The notes under the pieces are model-generated. The model worked only from the letters and a program-made list of their open reading frames with translations, was not told the origin of the DNA and searched no databases. Both the position numbers and the translations under genes were made by a program. Of a stretch of DNA of 64,000 nucleotides, positions 26,185 through 36,940 are shown piece by piece (the first letter of the stretch is position 1; each line of letters starts with the position of its first letter). Location of the stretch: NCBI GenBank assembly GCA_964461385.1, contig CAYWUA010000003.1, positions 9,454 through 73,453 of the forward strand, given 5' to 3'. The stretch is from an uncultured Oscillospiraceae bacterium. Lineage in GTDB: Bacteria; Bacillota; Clostridia; Oscillospirales; Oscillospiraceae.

Positions 26185-27543
26185 TTACGCCTGCGCCTGT
26201 ACCGGCCGGTCCGGCTGCGTCAGCTCCGGGCGGCTGCGCAGCAGCAGCGCCAGGGCGAGCACCCCGGAGAGCACGGCGGTGCCGGCGAAATTGAACCAAA
26301 TGCCGGTCAGGCCGAGCGGCCAAAGCGCCGCGATGAGCAGCACCGGGAAGAACAGCGCGGTGGAAACCGAAATGATGGAGGCGGGCAGCGACTTCTCGAT
26401 GGCCAGCAGATAACTCTGTGTGGCGAAGGAGAACCACCGGAAGAGGTAGGTCAGCGAGAACAGCCGCAGCGCACCGAGCACCATCTCCAGCTCCTCCCCC
26501 GTGGCGTCCGGCATGAACAGCCCTGCGATAAACTGCGGAAAGCCGGCGATCACCGCCACGGACAGCAGGGAGACCACCGCGCTGGCAACATAGCAGCAGC
26601 GCTCGATCGCCCGCACGCGGGAATAGGTCCCCGCGCCCCAGTTGTAGCCGACGGCGGGCTGGAGCGAGTCGCACATGCCGTACAGCAGCGGCTGAATGAA
26701 GCCATCGGCGTACATCAGCACGCCGTAGACGCTCACCGCTGTCTGCCCGCCCAGGCGGACCAGGATGGCGTTCATGATGATAGAGGTCAGGCGGCCGGCG
26801 ATATTATTCAGGAAGTTGGGCGTGCCGCAGGAGAAAATCTGCTCTAACATCTTCCGGGGCAATTGCGGCCGGCAAAAGCGCAGCAACAGCTTGCCCCGGG
26901 CAAAAGGGACGAGTGCGGCCACCGCGCAGATCATCATGCCCAGGCAGGTGCCGAGGGCGGCGCCCCAGATGCCCCAGTGAAATACGCTGAGAAAGAGCCA
27001 CTCCAGCGCCGCGCTGAGGATGGACATCGCAATGTTGAGCGCCATACTGGTGCGAATCTGCCCGCAGATACGCAGGTAGTTGTCCGTGGCAAAGACAATG
27101 GTGGTCAACGGGGAGCAGAGCGCGTACACGCGCAGGTATTGCACAGCGAGGGCGGCAAACTCCTCCTCCGCGCCCATGAGCGCGATCAGCAGCGGCGCGG
27201 CAGCGAAGAGGGCCGCTCCCACCCCCACGCCCGCGCCGACGATCATCAGGCAGGAGCAGGTGAAGATCCCGCTGGCCCTCTCCTCCTCCTTGCGCCCCAG
27301 GCAGATGGAGATGGGCACGGAGGAGCCAACGCCGATCAGATCGGCCACGGCAAAGTTGATGATGACAAAGGGCATGGCGAGATTGAGCGCGGCAAAGGCG
27401 GTCTCGCCCAGCAGGTGCCCCACCAGCACGCCGTCAATCGTCTGATACAGCGCCGAGGCCAGCATCCCGATCGCACCGGGCAGCGAGGCCAGGAAGAAGA
27501 GCTTCACCGGCGGGGTCTTGGCAAACAGCGTATGCGAATTCAT
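26185..27543 (-). CDS. MATE-family efflux transporter
   Basis: 12-TM ORF with a typical MATE N-terminus (LFFLASLPGAIGMLASALYQTIDGVLVGHLLGE). Start at ATG 27543 (AGGAGAGGAAA RBS). Confidence 0.85.
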   Translation of the reverse strand: MNSHTLFAKTPPVKLFFLASLPGAIGMLASALYQTIDGVLVGHLLGETAFAALNLAMPFVIINFAVADLIGVGSSVPISICLGRKEEERASGIFTCSCLMIVGAGVGVGAALFAAAPLLIALMGAEEEFAALAVQYLRVYALCSPLTTIVFATDNYLRICGQIRTSMALNIAMSILSAALEWLFLSVFHWGIWGAALGTCLGMMICAVAALVPFARGKLLLRFCRPQLPRKMLEQIFSCGTPNFLNNIAGRLTSIIMNAILVRLGGQTAVSVYGVLMYADGFIQPLLYGMCDSLQPAVGYNWGAGTYSRVRAIERCCYVASAVVSLLSVAVIAGFPQFIAGLFMPDATGEELEMVLGALRLFSLTYLFRWFSFATQSYLLAIEKSLPASIISVSTALFFPVLLIAALWPLGLTGIWFNFAGTAVLSGVLALALLLRSRPELTQPDRPVQAQA

Positions 27544-27571
27544 ACCGTTTCCTCTCCTAAACGACACAATT

Positions 27572-28042
27572 TCAGTTCACATCAGAATCGTTGTCTGTGA
27601 TGTGCTCCTCCAGCGTTTGGCAGAGACACCGGGCGAAGTGGTCAAAGGCGTCGACAAACTCCGGCGGATACTCCGCGAGGGTCTGGCGCCTTGCCTCCTG
27701 CTCAGCGGCCTTCCGCCGCGCCATTTGATTGCCAAACCGCATACGGCCCGCCTCGGTGAGCACAATTGCTTTTTCCCGGCTATGCGGCAGGGGTACCAGC
27801 CGGAGATAGCCCTCTTGCCGCAGTTCACGCACGGTGGTGTTGACCGTTGTTTTCGGGATCAACCAATCCGCACCGACCTGCTTTTGTGTGTGCGGTTTCC
27901 CGTCATCCAGGGCGTAGAGCAGGGCCAGGGTATTTTCTTGCAGCGCCATCCGTTTGGCGCAAAAGTAGTAAGCCCCGTCAATTTGATTGATTGCCATCAT
28001 CAGGCGCAAAATCTCTTGCTCCAGCCGGTTTTCCTCCATCAT
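27572..28042 (-). CDS. MarR-family transcriptional regulator
   Basis: Start at the MM doublet 28042. The winged-HTH segment reads TQKQVGADWLIPKTTVNTTVRELRQEGYLRLV. It lies directly upstream of the MATE gene. Confidence 0.8.
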   Translation of the reverse strand: MMEENRLEQEILRLMMAINQIDGAYYFCAKRMALQENTLALLYALDDGKPHTQKQVGADWLIPKTTVNTTVRELRQEGYLRLVPLPHSREKAIVLTEAGRMRFGNQMARRKAAEQEARRQTLAEYPPEFVDAFDHFARCLCQTLEEHITDNDSDVN

Positions 28043-28195
28043 AGGACTTCCACTTCCTTCAAAATCCGAATTCGTACTATCTGCATGCACAGATGTGCCG
28101 CAGCCAAGAACGTCTGCGTGAGTATAGTACGGATACGGATTTTTGTCAAGGCGGCATTTCGCCCTTTCTTCCCTGGCATTTTTCCGCATGTTTTG

Positions 28196-28684
28196 TTATA
28201 TCAGCCGTGCAGCCTCTTCCGGTGACCGGCCGGTGGTGTCAATCTGCCGAAATGGCAGGCGCGCGCAGCGGTTCAGATAGTCCAGACTGCGCGCAAGCAC
28301 GTCCTCCGTCCTCCGCCCGGCGGCGATATCCCCTTCCAACCGAAGGCGCAGCGTCTCCGGTGTGCAGAGCAGCACCACACGGTGCACGATACAGCCCGCG
28401 AGCGGCAGCCCTTCCGTCACGGCATCCCAGATCTCCGGCCGGTCCATCACCCAGCAGAACACCACATTATCATATGCCCCGCAGCGCAGAAAATTGCCCA
28501 GCAGATGGCGGATGTTGTCAAGTGCCATCTCCTTCGTCTCCCCGGTGACCTGAAAGGGATCGGCGTCCCAGCACCAATCTCCGTCCAAGAAGACGCAGCG
28601 AGATAATCGTCGTTTGAGCGCCTGTCCGACGGCGGTCTTCCCCGCTCCCATCGGTCCGCCGATCAAGTAAAGACGTCTGGTCAC
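28196..28684 (-). CDS. P-loop NTPase / small-molecule-kinase-like protein (AAA_33-like)
   Basis: Likely GTG start at 28684 (AAAGGAGG RBS 8 nt upstream). The sequence reads (V)TRRLYLIGGPMGAGKTAVGQALKRRL..FLDGDW. Confidence 0.6.
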   Translation of the reverse strand: MTRRLYLIGGPMGAGKTAVGQALKRRLSRCVFLDGDWCWDADPFQVTGETKEMALDNIRHLLGNFLRCGAYDNVVFCWVMDRPEIWDAVTEGLPLAGCIVHRVVLLCTPETLRLRLEGDIAAGRRTEDVLARSLDYLNRCARLPFRQIDTTGRSPEEAARLI

Positions 28685-28750
28685 GCCGTTTTCCTCCTTT
28701 CTCTCGCAAAAATCCCGGCAAAAGGTCACGCCTCTGCCGGGATTGTGCCG

Positions 28751-30724
28751 TTATTCGTCTGTCTCTGTGTCGGCTGCGGACCCGTCCTCCGCCGCGCCGG
28801 CGGATTGTTCTGCCTCCGGCCGGGCGTCTTCATCCGCCTTGCGGCTCTGCTCGGCCGCGGCAAAGCGGCTGAGCGCCTCCGGCTCGCGGGCCTCGGTCGC
28901 CTCCGGGTTGAAGACGCGCTCAAACTCGAGGGCGGACATCACCTCATGCACGAGCAGGAACTGCGCGACCTGCTCCAGCTCGTCGCGGTGCGCGCGCAGA
29001 ATCTCCTCGCACTGGGCATAGGCGCGGTCGAGGATCGCGCGCACCTCCTGGTCGATAGAGGCGGCGCTCTGCTCGGAATAGCTGCGCGTCTGGCCCATGC
29101 TGCGGCCGATGAAGATCTCGTTGCTGCTCTCATCGTAGACCACCGGGCCGAGCCGTTCGCTCATGCCGTACTTGGAGACCATATTGTGCGCGATACGGGT
29201 AGCCCGCTCCAGATCGTTGGACGCGCCGGTGGAGATGTCGTCGAGCGCCAGCGCCTCGGCCACACGGCCGCCGAGCAGGCCGACGATCTCCTCCAGCAGC
29301 TCCCGGCGGCCGAGGTAGGACTTATCCTCCTGCGGCAGGGAGATGGTCATGCCGCCCGCGCGGCCGCGCGGGACAATACTGATCTGGTGGACCGGGTCCT
29401 GGGTGGGCAGGAAGCGCATCGCGACCGCGTGTCCCGCCTCATGATAGGCGGTCAGCTGCCGCGCGTGCTCCGTGACGACATGGCTGCGCTTCTCCGGGCC
29501 GGCGAGCACCTTAATCATCGCCTCGTGCAGGTCGGCCATGGTGATGCACGGCCGGTTGCGCCGGGCGGCGAGCAGTGCGCCCTCGTTCATCAGGTTCTCC
29601 AGGTCCGCGCCGGTGAATCCACCGGTCGCGCGGGCAATAACGGCGAGGTCGACGTCCTCGCCCAGCATCTTGTTGTGGGAATGGACCTTCAAAATGCCCT
29701 CACGGCCGCGGATGTCGGGATAACCGACGTAGATCTGCCGGTCAAAGCGGCCGGGCCGCAGCAGCGCGGGATCGAGAATGTCCTGCCGGTTGGTGGCCGC
29801 CATGACGATGACGCCGGAGTTGCCGGCAAAGCCGTCCATCTCCACCAGGAGCTGATTGAGTGTCTGCTCTCGCTCGTCGTGGCCGCCGCCAAGGCCGGTG
29901 CCGCGCTGGCGGCCGACGGCGTCGATCTCATCGATGAAGACAATGGCAGGCGCCTGTTTCTTCGCCTGGTCAAACAGGTCGCGCACACGGCTGGCGCCAA
30001 CACCGACATAGAGCTCGACAAAGTCAGAGCCGGAGATGGAGAGGAAGCGGACCTCCGCCTCCCCGGCGACCGCCTTGGCCAGCAGGGTTTTGCCGGTGCC
30101 CGGCGGGCCGACGAGCAGGATGCCCTTCGGGATGCGCGCGCCCAGTTTCTGGAAGCGCTCCGGGGCGCGCAGAAAGTCCACGACCTCCTGCAGCTCCTCC
30201 TTCTCCTCCTCCGCCCCGGCCACGTCGCGGAAGGTGACCTTGGGCGTGTCCGGATTATCGTTGGAGACGGTGCGCGCCCTGCCGAACTGGGTCGGCCCGG
30301 CGCCCTGCCCCGCCTGCTGGCGCATCAGAAACAGGAAAAGAAAGATCAGCAGGGCCGCGCTGATGATGGAAGGCAGCAACTGCACCCACCAGGGGATGCC
30401 TGTGTCCGGGTCATAGTCGTACTCGGTGATGATGCCGTCCGCCCACTGCCGCTGAATCAGGGCGTTTAGGTCGCTGTAAAAGACCTCAAAACTGTAAATA
30501 GGGCAGACGACGATCTCAGCGCCGTCAAGCGGTTCGCTTAGCTGCATGGTCACCTCATTGTCCCGCACGACAAACGAGCTGACCTGCTCCTGCTCAAAGA
30601 GCTGGAGCATCCGGCTGTAGCTGATGCCGGAGTCTGCCTGCCAGCTGCTCAGTTGGCTGATGAGGTAGAGCACAAGGCAGGCGAGCAAGGCGTAGGTGAT
30701 GATGGTGCGATTGGTACGGTTCAT
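28751..30724 (-). CDS. ftsH: ATP-dependent zinc metalloprotease FtsH
   Basis: [18 protein letters not shown], the second region of homology, the HEAGHA zinc motif, and an acidic C-terminal tail. Confidence 0.95.
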   Translation of the reverse strand: MNRTNRTIITYALLACLVLYLISQLSSWQADSGISYSRMLQLFEQEQVSSFVVRDNEVTMQLSEPLDGAEIVVCPIYSFEVFYSDLNALIQRQWADGIITEYDYDPDTGIPWWVQLLPSIISAALLIFLFLFLMRQQAGQGAGPTQFGRARTVSNDNPDTPKVTFRDVAGAEEEKEELQEVVDFLRAPERFQKLGARIPKGILLVGPPGTGKTLLAKAVAGEAEVRFLSISGSDFVELYVGVGASRVRDLFDQAKKQAPAIVFIDEIDAVGRQRGTGLGGGHDEREQTLNQLLVEMDGFAGNSGVIVMAATNRQDILDPALLRPGRFDRQIYVGYPDIRGREGILKVHSHNKMLGEDVDLAVIARATGGFTGADLENLMNEGALLAARRNRPCITMADLHEAMIKVLAGPEKRSHVVTEHARQLTAYHEAGHAVAMRFLPTQDPVHQISIVPRGRAGGMTISLPQEDKSYLGRRELLEEIVGLLGGRVAEALALDDISTGASNDLERATRIAHNMVSKYGMSERLGPVVYDESSNEIFIGRSMGQTRSYSEQSAASIDQEVRAILDRAYAQCEEILRAHRDELEQVAQFLLVHEVMSALEFERVFNPEATEAREPEALSRFAAAEQSRKADEDARPEAEQSAGAAEDGSAADTETDE

Positions 30725-30751
30725 GCGTTCACATCCTTATGGGGTGGGCGG

Positions 30752-31312
30752 TCAGTCGGTCTGCGTGTAGATCTCTGACTTAAGGATCCCGATGTAGGGC
30801 AAGTTGCGGTATTTCTCCTGGTAGTCCAGACCGTAGCCGACCACAAAGGCGTCCGGCACAAGAAAACCGTAGTAGTCTGCGGCGATCGGCTTGATACGCC
30901 GCTCCGGCTTGTCCAGCAGGGTGCAAATTCGGATGGAAGCGGGATTCCTCGCCCGCAGCACTTTGGTCAGATAGTCGAGCGTGTTGCCGGAGTCCAGAAT
31001 ATCCTCCACGATGATAACATGTGCGTCCTTGATGGAATCGGACAAATCCTTCTTGATCTCCACCTGCCCGGTGGTGCTGGTCCCCTGTCCATAAGAGGAA
31101 ACCGCCATAAAGTCCATCCGGCAGGGAATCGTGATGCTCCTGCTCAGGTCGGCCATAAAGATATAGGAGCCGCGGAGAATGCTCACCAGGATCACGTTGT
31201 CCACGCCCTCGTAGTCGCGGGAGATTTGCGCGCCGAGCGCGTGCACCCGCCGCCGAAGCTCCTCTTCGGAATACAGGATCTCCTCAATGTCTTGGTCCAT
31301 CTTCCTCTTCAT
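30752..31312 (-). CDS. hpt: Hypoxanthine phosphoribosyltransferase
   Basis: Start at ATG 31312 (GAAGGAGGG RBS). PRPP motif VIIVEDILDSGNTL. Confidence 0.9.
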   Translation of the reverse strand: MKRKMDQDIEEILYSEEELRRRVHALGAQISRDYEGVDNVILVSILRGSYIFMADLSRSITIPCRMDFMAVSSYGQGTSTTGQVEIKKDLSDSIKDAHVIIVEDILDSGNTLDYLTKVLRARNPASIRICTLLDKPERRIKPIAADYYGFLVPDAFVVGYGLDYQEKYRNLPYIGILKSEIYTQTD

Positions 31313-32720
31313 CGGAAAGCCCTCCTTCTTCTCTGTCCGGCGGCCGCTGCTCCAGGCGGACACGCCACGACGGCTCCCCCGGCGCAGGACGGAAGTGCTC
31401 GTCGCAGCCGAATCCGGCCACGGCGGCCACCTGTCCGTCTAGTACGAGCACAGGAATCCGCTCCCGCTCCTGTCGGGGGACCCTGGCCTCAATGAACAGT
31501 TTTTTCAGCGCCTTGCGCGGCCGTCCTGGCAGCCGGATGGCGTCCCCCGGCGCGCGGGCGCGCAGTAATATCCCGCTCTGCCCCGGCGGCGGGGCGAGAT
31601 AGAGCGTATCCTCCTCCCACGGTCCGAGCGGGCATGGGACCGCCGCGCAGACGGCCCACAGTTCTTCCGACAGCGCGGCGCGCTCTCCCGGGCGCAGAAA
31701 AGCGGGAGAAAGCCCGGACATAGGTTGCCGGGCGGTGGATAAAAACAGCATATCATAAACCCGCCCGGCTTGCAACCGGCTGGAGAGGGATATTTTTCCA
31801 GACGGCCGGTCTGACTCCGCCAGGGCAAGCACCGCCTCGCGCTGCCGGTACGGCAGCACAGTCCCCGGCGAGAGGCGCTCCGCCATCTCCTGCACCAGGC
31901 GCAGGGCGATGGACGGGTGGAGCGCGGCGAGCGCGGCGGCGGGGACCCGGACCCCCTTCGAGTCCTCCCGCAGCAGCTCTCTCGCAGCCCGGCGCGACTC
32001 GGCGGCGAGATAGTCCTCGTCACGGCGCAGGCTCTCCGCCGCGCGGCCAAGCGCCCGGTCCAAATTGGGATTTTTCTCCCGCAGCAGGGGGAGCACCCGG
32101 TGGCGCAGAAAGTTGCGGGTATAGGCGATGTCCAGGTTGCTCGCATCCTCGCAGTGGGGGATGCCGTGCGCCGCAGCGTAGTCCTCCAGCTGGGCGCGCT
32201 CCGCCTCCAGCAGCGGCCGGACCAGCCGCCCGCGGCGCGGCAGGATGCCCCCCAGCCCGTGCAGGCCGGTCCCGCGCAGCAGGTGGAGCAAGATGGTCTC
32301 CGCCTGGTCGCCGGCGTGGTGGGCAGTGGCGATCCAGTCCGCGCCCAGCCGATCCGCCGTCTCGTCCAAAAAGCGGTAGCGCAGTGCGCGCGCGGCCTCC
32401 TCCAGCGTTTGGCCGGCCTGCTGGGCCTGCGCGCGCGTGTCCCCCGCGCCGGTGGTACAATGAATGCCGCGTGCGGCGCACCAGGCGCGTACCAGTTCCA
32501 CCTCCCCGGCGGCCTCGGGGCGCAGGCCGTGGTCAAAGGAGGCGGCGCAGACGGCAAAGCCGTCCCGCTCGCCCCACTGCCAGAGCAGGTGGAGCAGGCA
32601 CATGGAGTCCAGCCCGCCGGAGACGGCGCAGAGCACCCGGCACCCGGGGGCAAAGGCAATGCCCGCCCGGCGGCAGAAGTCCTCCGTCTGCCGCGCGAGG
32701 CTCACTCCTGATGTTTCCAT
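31284..32720 (-). CDS. tilS: tRNA(Ile)-lysidine synthase
   Basis: PP-loop VLCAVSGGLDSMCLLHLL. The start codon is uncertain (ATG 32720 or nearby). The 3' end overlaps the hpt start by 29 nt. Confidence 0.9.
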   Translation of the reverse strand: METSGVSLARQTEDFCRRAGIAFAPGCRVLCAVSGGLDSMCLLHLLWQWGERDGFAVCAASFDHGLRPEAAGEVELVRAWCAARGIHCTTGAGDTRAQAQQAGQTLEEAARALRYRFLDETADRLGADWIATAHHAGDQAETILLHLLRGTGLHGLGGILPRRGRLVRPLLEAERAQLEDYAAAHGIPHCEDASNLDIAYTRNFLRHRVLPLLREKNPNLDRALGRAAESLRRDEDYLAAESRRAARELLREDSKGVRVPAAALAALHPSIALRLVQEMAERLSPGTVLPYRQREAVLALAESDRPSGKISLSSRLQAGRVYDMLFLSTARQPMSGLSPAFLRPGERAALSEELWAVCAAVPCPLGPWEEDTLYLAPPPGQSGILLRARAPGDAIRLPGRPRKALKKLFIEARVPRQERERIPVLVLDGQVAAVAGFGCDEHFRPAPGEPSWRVRLEQRPPDREEGGLSDEEEDGPRH

Positions 32721-34054
32721 TCCAGATTGGCAAAGGTGGTGAACTCGGGCAGCCACTGGACCATCACCTTCCCCGTCTCGCCGTGACGGTTTTTCGCGAC
32801 GATGATCTCCGCCTGGTTCTTGTACTCGCTGTTCTCATTATAATAGTCGTCGCGGTAGATGAAGAGCACCTCGTCCGCGTCCTGCTCGATGGCGCCAGAC
32901 TCGCGCAGGTCGGAGAGCATCGGCCGCTTGTCCGAGCGCGACTCGTTCGCGCGCGAGAGCTGGCTCAGGCAGAGCACCGGGACGTTGAGCTCCTTGGCCA
33001 TGATCTTGAGCGCGCGGGAGATGTCGGAGACCACCTGCTGGCGGTTCTCGTTGCTGTAGCGCTGCTTGCCGCCGGCGGAGGTCATGAGCTGAAGGTAGTC
33101 AATCACCACCAGCCCGAGGTTCTCCACCCGGCGGCACTTGGCGTTCATGTCCGCCACCGAGAGGGAGGGATTGTCGTCGATCAGGATATTCGTCGCGTTG
33201 AGCGCGCGGCAGGCGAGGGTGAGCTTCTCCCAATCCTCCTCCTCCAGCTGGCCGGTGATCAGCTTCTGGTTTGGAATAAAGGATTCTCCGGAGATCAGGC
33301 GCATCGCCAGCTGCTCCCGGCTCATTTCCAGGGAGAAGAAGACCACCGCCTTGCCCGAGTGCTTGCCCACCTCGAGGAGGATGTTTAGGCCCAGGGAGGT
33401 CTTTCCCATGCCGGGACGGCCGGCGAGGAGGATGAGGTCGGAGTTTCCCAGGCCGGCGATCATCCGGTCCAGATCCACAAGCCCGGTGGAGAGGCCAGGC
33501 ACCTGGCTGTCCATCTCGGAGAGCTCCCCGATGCGGGCGTAGACGTCCGCCGTGACGGAGCTGATCGGGATCAGCCCCTGAAACGCCCGCCCCTGCCGGA
33601 TGGCGTAGATGCGCTGTTCCGCCGCCTCGAGCACCTGCGAGCCGGTCCCGGAGCCCTCGCCGATCATGGCGGTGATCTCGTCCGCCGTCTCTGCCACGCG
33701 GCGCAGCAGCGCCTTGTCACGCACGATCTCGACATACTCCATCACGTTGGCCGCCGTGGGCGTCACGTCCATCAATTGTAAGAGGAACGAACGCGTCGTC
33801 TCCTCGACATAGGTGCCGTCCTGGCGCATCTGCTCCTGGACGGTGACCGGGTCAATCTTTTTGGACAGGGCAAACATGGAGTAGATTGCCTCATAAACCT
33901 CCTGATGCTGCCGGGTATAGAAGTCCTCCGGCCGCAGGACCTCCACCACCTGAGGGATGCACCGGCTGTCAATCAGCATCGCGCCGAGCACCGCCTGCTC
34001 CGCCGCGTCCGAGTGCGGCATCTGCCGGCTGAGCAGCTCGTCAAGTTCTGGCAT
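32702..34054 (-). CDS. dnaB: Replicative DNA helicase (DnaB family; dnaC in Bacillus nomenclature)
   Basis: Start at ATG 34054 (GGAAAGGAGG RBS). MPHSDAAEQAVLGAML, Walker A GRPGMGKTSLGLN, VVIDYLQLM. No intein-sized insertion. Confidence 0.9.
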   Translation of the reverse strand: MPELDELLSRQMPHSDAAEQAVLGAMLIDSRCIPQVVEVLRPEDFYTRQHQEVYEAIYSMFALSKKIDPVTVQEQMRQDGTYVEETTRSFLLQLMDVTPTAANVMEYVEIVRDKALLRRVAETADEITAMIGEGSGTGSQVLEAAEQRIYAIRQGRAFQGLIPISSVTADVYARIGELSEMDSQVPGLSTGLVDLDRMIAGLGNSDLILLAGRPGMGKTSLGLNILLEVGKHSGKAVVFFSLEMSREQLAMRLISGESFIPNQKLITGQLEEEDWEKLTLACRALNATNILIDDNPSLSVADMNAKCRRVENLGLVVIDYLQLMTSAGGKQRYSNENRQQVVSDISRALKIMAKELNVPVLCLSQLSRANESRSDKRPMLSDLRESGAIEQDADEVLFIYRDDYYNENSEYKNQAEIIVAKNRHGETGKVMVQWLPEFTTFANLEWKHQE

Positions 34055-34135
34055 GGCGCACTGCCTCCTTTCCAAACGGGAAACAAAATCGGGCACTGGA
34101 TGCGCCAGTACCCGATCGGGTGTGGGGTTAGAAGG

Positions 34136-34579
34136 TCACGCCTCCTCCACAATCACGGTGATCTGCGCACTGACCTCATAGCCCAGCTTGGCCTTGACCG
34201 AATAGCTGCCGAAGGCCTTGATCGGCTCGGACTGGAGGGCATTCTTCGGCACATCGCAGCCGTACTGTTCCTTCAGCGCGGCGGAGATCTCCTTCGTGGT
34301 CACGCTGCCAAAGAGCTTGCCGCCCGCGCCCGCCTTGGCCTTGACGCGCACCGGCATCTCGCGCAGGCGGTTTGCCAGCGCCACGGCGGCCTCGCGCTCG
34401 CGCGCCTCGCGCTCGCGGCGGGCCTTCTCCTGCTGATTCATGGTGTTGATATTGTCCGCCGTGGCGGGCACCGCCAGCTTTTTCGGCAGCAGGAAGTTGC
34501 GGGCGTACCCGTCGGAGACCTCCACCATCTGCCCCTTTTTGCCCTGGCCGCGGATGTCCTGTTGTAAAATCACTTTCAT
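34136..34579 (-). CDS. rplI: 50S ribosomal protein L9
   Basis: MKVILQQDIRGQGKKGQMVEVSDGYARNFLLPKKLA. Confidence 0.95.
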   Translation of the reverse strand: MKVILQQDIRGQGKKGQMVEVSDGYARNFLLPKKLAVPATADNINTMNQQEKARREREAREREAAVALANRLREMPVRVKAKAGAGGKLFGSVTTKEISAALKEQYGCDVPKNALQSEPIKAFGSYSVKAKLGYEVSAQITVIVEEA

Positions 34580-34738
34580 GGTAGTCTGCTTCCTTTCTCC
34601 GCCGGGGCAAGTTTGGCTCCGGCGTCAGTTTCCATAATCGCTGTGCTTCGGCCGGCACAGGTCCGCCCAAAACATAAATCGCACTCGATTGCGCCCTCCG
34701 GGCCAAGGGCGGTGAGACCACCCGGAGACGCTCCAGCG

Positions 34739-36724
34739 TCATCTCTCGTAATACTTGTCAATCGCCGCCAGCAGGCGGGAGAGTGTCTCTTGCAAGGTGG
34801 TGTTGGGAACCTGGGCGCCCGCCGCTGCCGCGTTGCCGCCGCCGCCGAGGGCCTCGAGGATGAACTGCACGTTCACCTCCCCCACGCTGCGCCCGCAGAT
34901 GATGACAGTATTGCCGTCCGGAAAGAGGACGAAGGACGCGTCCGCCCCCGCCACATTAAGCAGCTCGTCCGCCGCCTGCGCCGCGATCACGCGCCCGACT
35001 GTCTCCGGCACGGCAGAAACGGCGATGTGCTGGCGGACCATGTGCGCCTCGCGGATGACATTATACTTCGCGATGGTGTCCTTCAAGTTATTCTGGAAGA
35101 GCTTTTTCACCTCGGTGGTGTCCGCGCCGCGCCGGCGCAGAAAGGCCGCTGCCTCGAACGTCCGCCCGCCGGTACGCAGGGTGAAGTTCTTGGTGTCCAG
35201 CACGATGCCGGCCAGCAGCGCCTCCGCCTCGCCGCGCAGCAGGTCGGACGGCTCGATCAGGTATTGGATCATCTCGGTCACCAGCTCGCTGGCGGAAGAG
35301 GCGTACGGCTCATGGAAGTTGAGCGCGGCGTTGGCGATATAGTCCGCCGCGCGCAGGTGGTGGTCGATCACCGCTACCTTGGTCGCCGAGCGCAGCAGGT
35401 CGCGGGAGATCACCTGGTCGGGCCGGTTGGTGTCCACCACGACGAGCAGGCTCTTGCCGTCCAGCTTGAGCATGGCCTCCTCCGGGCTGAGAAACGCGTG
35501 CTCGTACTCCGGCAGCTTGCGGATGCGCTGCGCCATCACCTTGCCGGGGTAGAAGCACTGCTCCTCCACGATGAAGACGGGCACATCCTTATGCCGCGCG
35601 ATGACGCTCACGCCGATGGAGGCGCCGGTCGCGTCCAGGTCGGCAAACCGGTGGCCCATCACCAGCACGTTGGAGGCGGAGTGGATCAGCTCGTTGAGGG
35701 CGTTGGACATGACGCGGCTCTTGACCTTAGTGTGCCGCTCCGTCTCCTTCGTGCGCCCGCCGTAAAACTCAAAGTTAAAGCGGTTTTTGATCACCGCCTG
35801 GTCGCCGCCGCGGGAGAGGGCCATCTCGATGGCCAGACTGGCGAACTCCATCATCTCGCCAAAGCCGGTGTCCATGCCGATGCCGATGGAGAGAGTGGCG
35901 TTCACGCCGTTCGGGCTGACCACCTTGTGGACCGCGTCGAGCAGGTTGAACTTGTTGTTCTGAAACTGGGTGAGATACTGCTCCTCAAAAATGCACAGGT
36001 ACCGGTCGCGGTCAAAGCGGCACAACAGCCCTCCGGAGGGCTGGAGCCAGGCAGTGATCTCGTCCTCCACTGCCGAACGCAGGGAACTGCGCGCCTTGTC
36101 GTTCATGCTGCGGATGAGGTCCTCGTAGTTGTCAATGAGCAAGATGGCGACCACCGGCCGGGAGGCATAGTACTGCTCCCGCACGCGCGCGAGGTTGGTG
36201 ATGTCCATCCAATAGGTGGTGGCCAGCAGGGTCTGTGTCCCGGCCCCGGCGTGGGCCACGTGGCCAAAGACTATATAGCTGTGGCCGTTGAGCTGGTATT
36301 CGGTGGGGCACTCGGTGCGCCCGTCGAGCAGCCACTTGGTGGAAAATCCGGGCACCGCGGCGTCGATCTTGGTGTCAAACAGGTGTTCCCGGTCGCCGGT
36401 GATCTGCAAAAAGCGGTCGTTTGACCAGATCACGTCGCCTGTATCCGGATGGAAGATCACCATCGGGAAGGGGGAGTTGACCATCGTATCCTTGCTGGCC
36501 GTGTCAATATTGCTAGTAACGCTGGCAATATACTGCGCCGTCTGCTTTTGGCGGCGCCAGCGGGTAACGACATAGTAGATAAACAGCACGGCCACCAGGG
36601 CCAGCTCCACCAGGCCCACCTGAAGCTGAATCAGGCAGCTGACGGCCGCAAAGACCAGCAGAAAGACAAAGTAGTGTTTTACGCTCGGCTCAAACGTCCG
36701 TTTTCTCTTCTGGTTCAACCCCAA
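34739..36724 (-). CDS. gdpP: GdpP/YybT-type DHH-DHHA1 phosphoesterase (cyclic-di-AMP phosphodiesterase family)
   Basis: Two N-terminal TM helices, a PAS-like region, a degenerate GGDEF and DHH (GHRFADLDA...DHH). Conserved gdpP-rplI-dnaB synteny. TTG start; the exact codon is uncertain (36724 or 36718). Confidence 0.85.
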   Translation of the reverse strand: MGLNQKRKRTFEPSVKHYFVFLLVFAAVSCLIQLQVGLVELALVAVLFIYYVVTRWRRQKQTAQYIASVTSNIDTASKDTMVNSPFPMVIFHPDTGDVIWSNDRFLQITGDREHLFDTKIDAAVPGFSTKWLLDGRTECPTEYQLNGHSYIVFGHVAHAGAGTQTLLATTYWMDITNLARVREQYYASRPVVAILLIDNYEDLIRSMNDKARSSLRSAVEDEITAWLQPSGGLLCRFDRDRYLCIFEEQYLTQFQNNKFNLLDAVHKVVSPNGVNATLSIGIGMDTGFGEMMEFASLAIEMALSRGGDQAVIKNRFNFEFYGGRTKETERHTKVKSRVMSNALNELIHSASNVLVMGHRFADLDATGASIGVSVIARHKDVPVFIVEEQCFYPGKVMAQRIRKLPEYEHAFLSPEEAMLKLDGKSLLVVVDTNRPDQVISRDLLRSATKVAVIDHHLRAADYIANAALNFHEPYASSASELVTEMIQYLIEPSDLLRGEAEALLAGIVLDTKNFTLRTGGRTFEAAAFLRRRGADTTEVKKLFQNNLKDTIAKYNVIREAHMVRQHIAVSAVPETVGRVIAAQAADELLNVAGADASFVLFPDGNTVIICGRSVGEVNVQFILEALGGGGNAAAAGAQVPNTTLQETLSRLLAAIDKYYER

Positions 36725-36864
36725 CCACCTCTCTGTGACGGGAGATACCCCGCAGCGGTCTGCATTATGCCCAAATTATGGCACAATTTCCCACAAAAAG
36801 CAAGCATAAACCGTCTAAAAACCAAACCGGCGCACCAGGAGAGGGGCTGCGGCGTCTTTTCCCC

Positions 36865-36893
36865 TTGCCACCGCGCCGCTTCTGGGGTAAAAT
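36865..36893 (+). promoter_or_regulatory. Candidate nadE promoter
   Basis: TTGCCA-17 nt-TAAAAT, about 45 nt upstream of ATG 36941. Confidence 0.5.
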
Positions 36894-36940
36894 AGCGGTG
36901 ACATCCCGGAATCGACCCAAAAGATAAGGAAGTGTTTCCC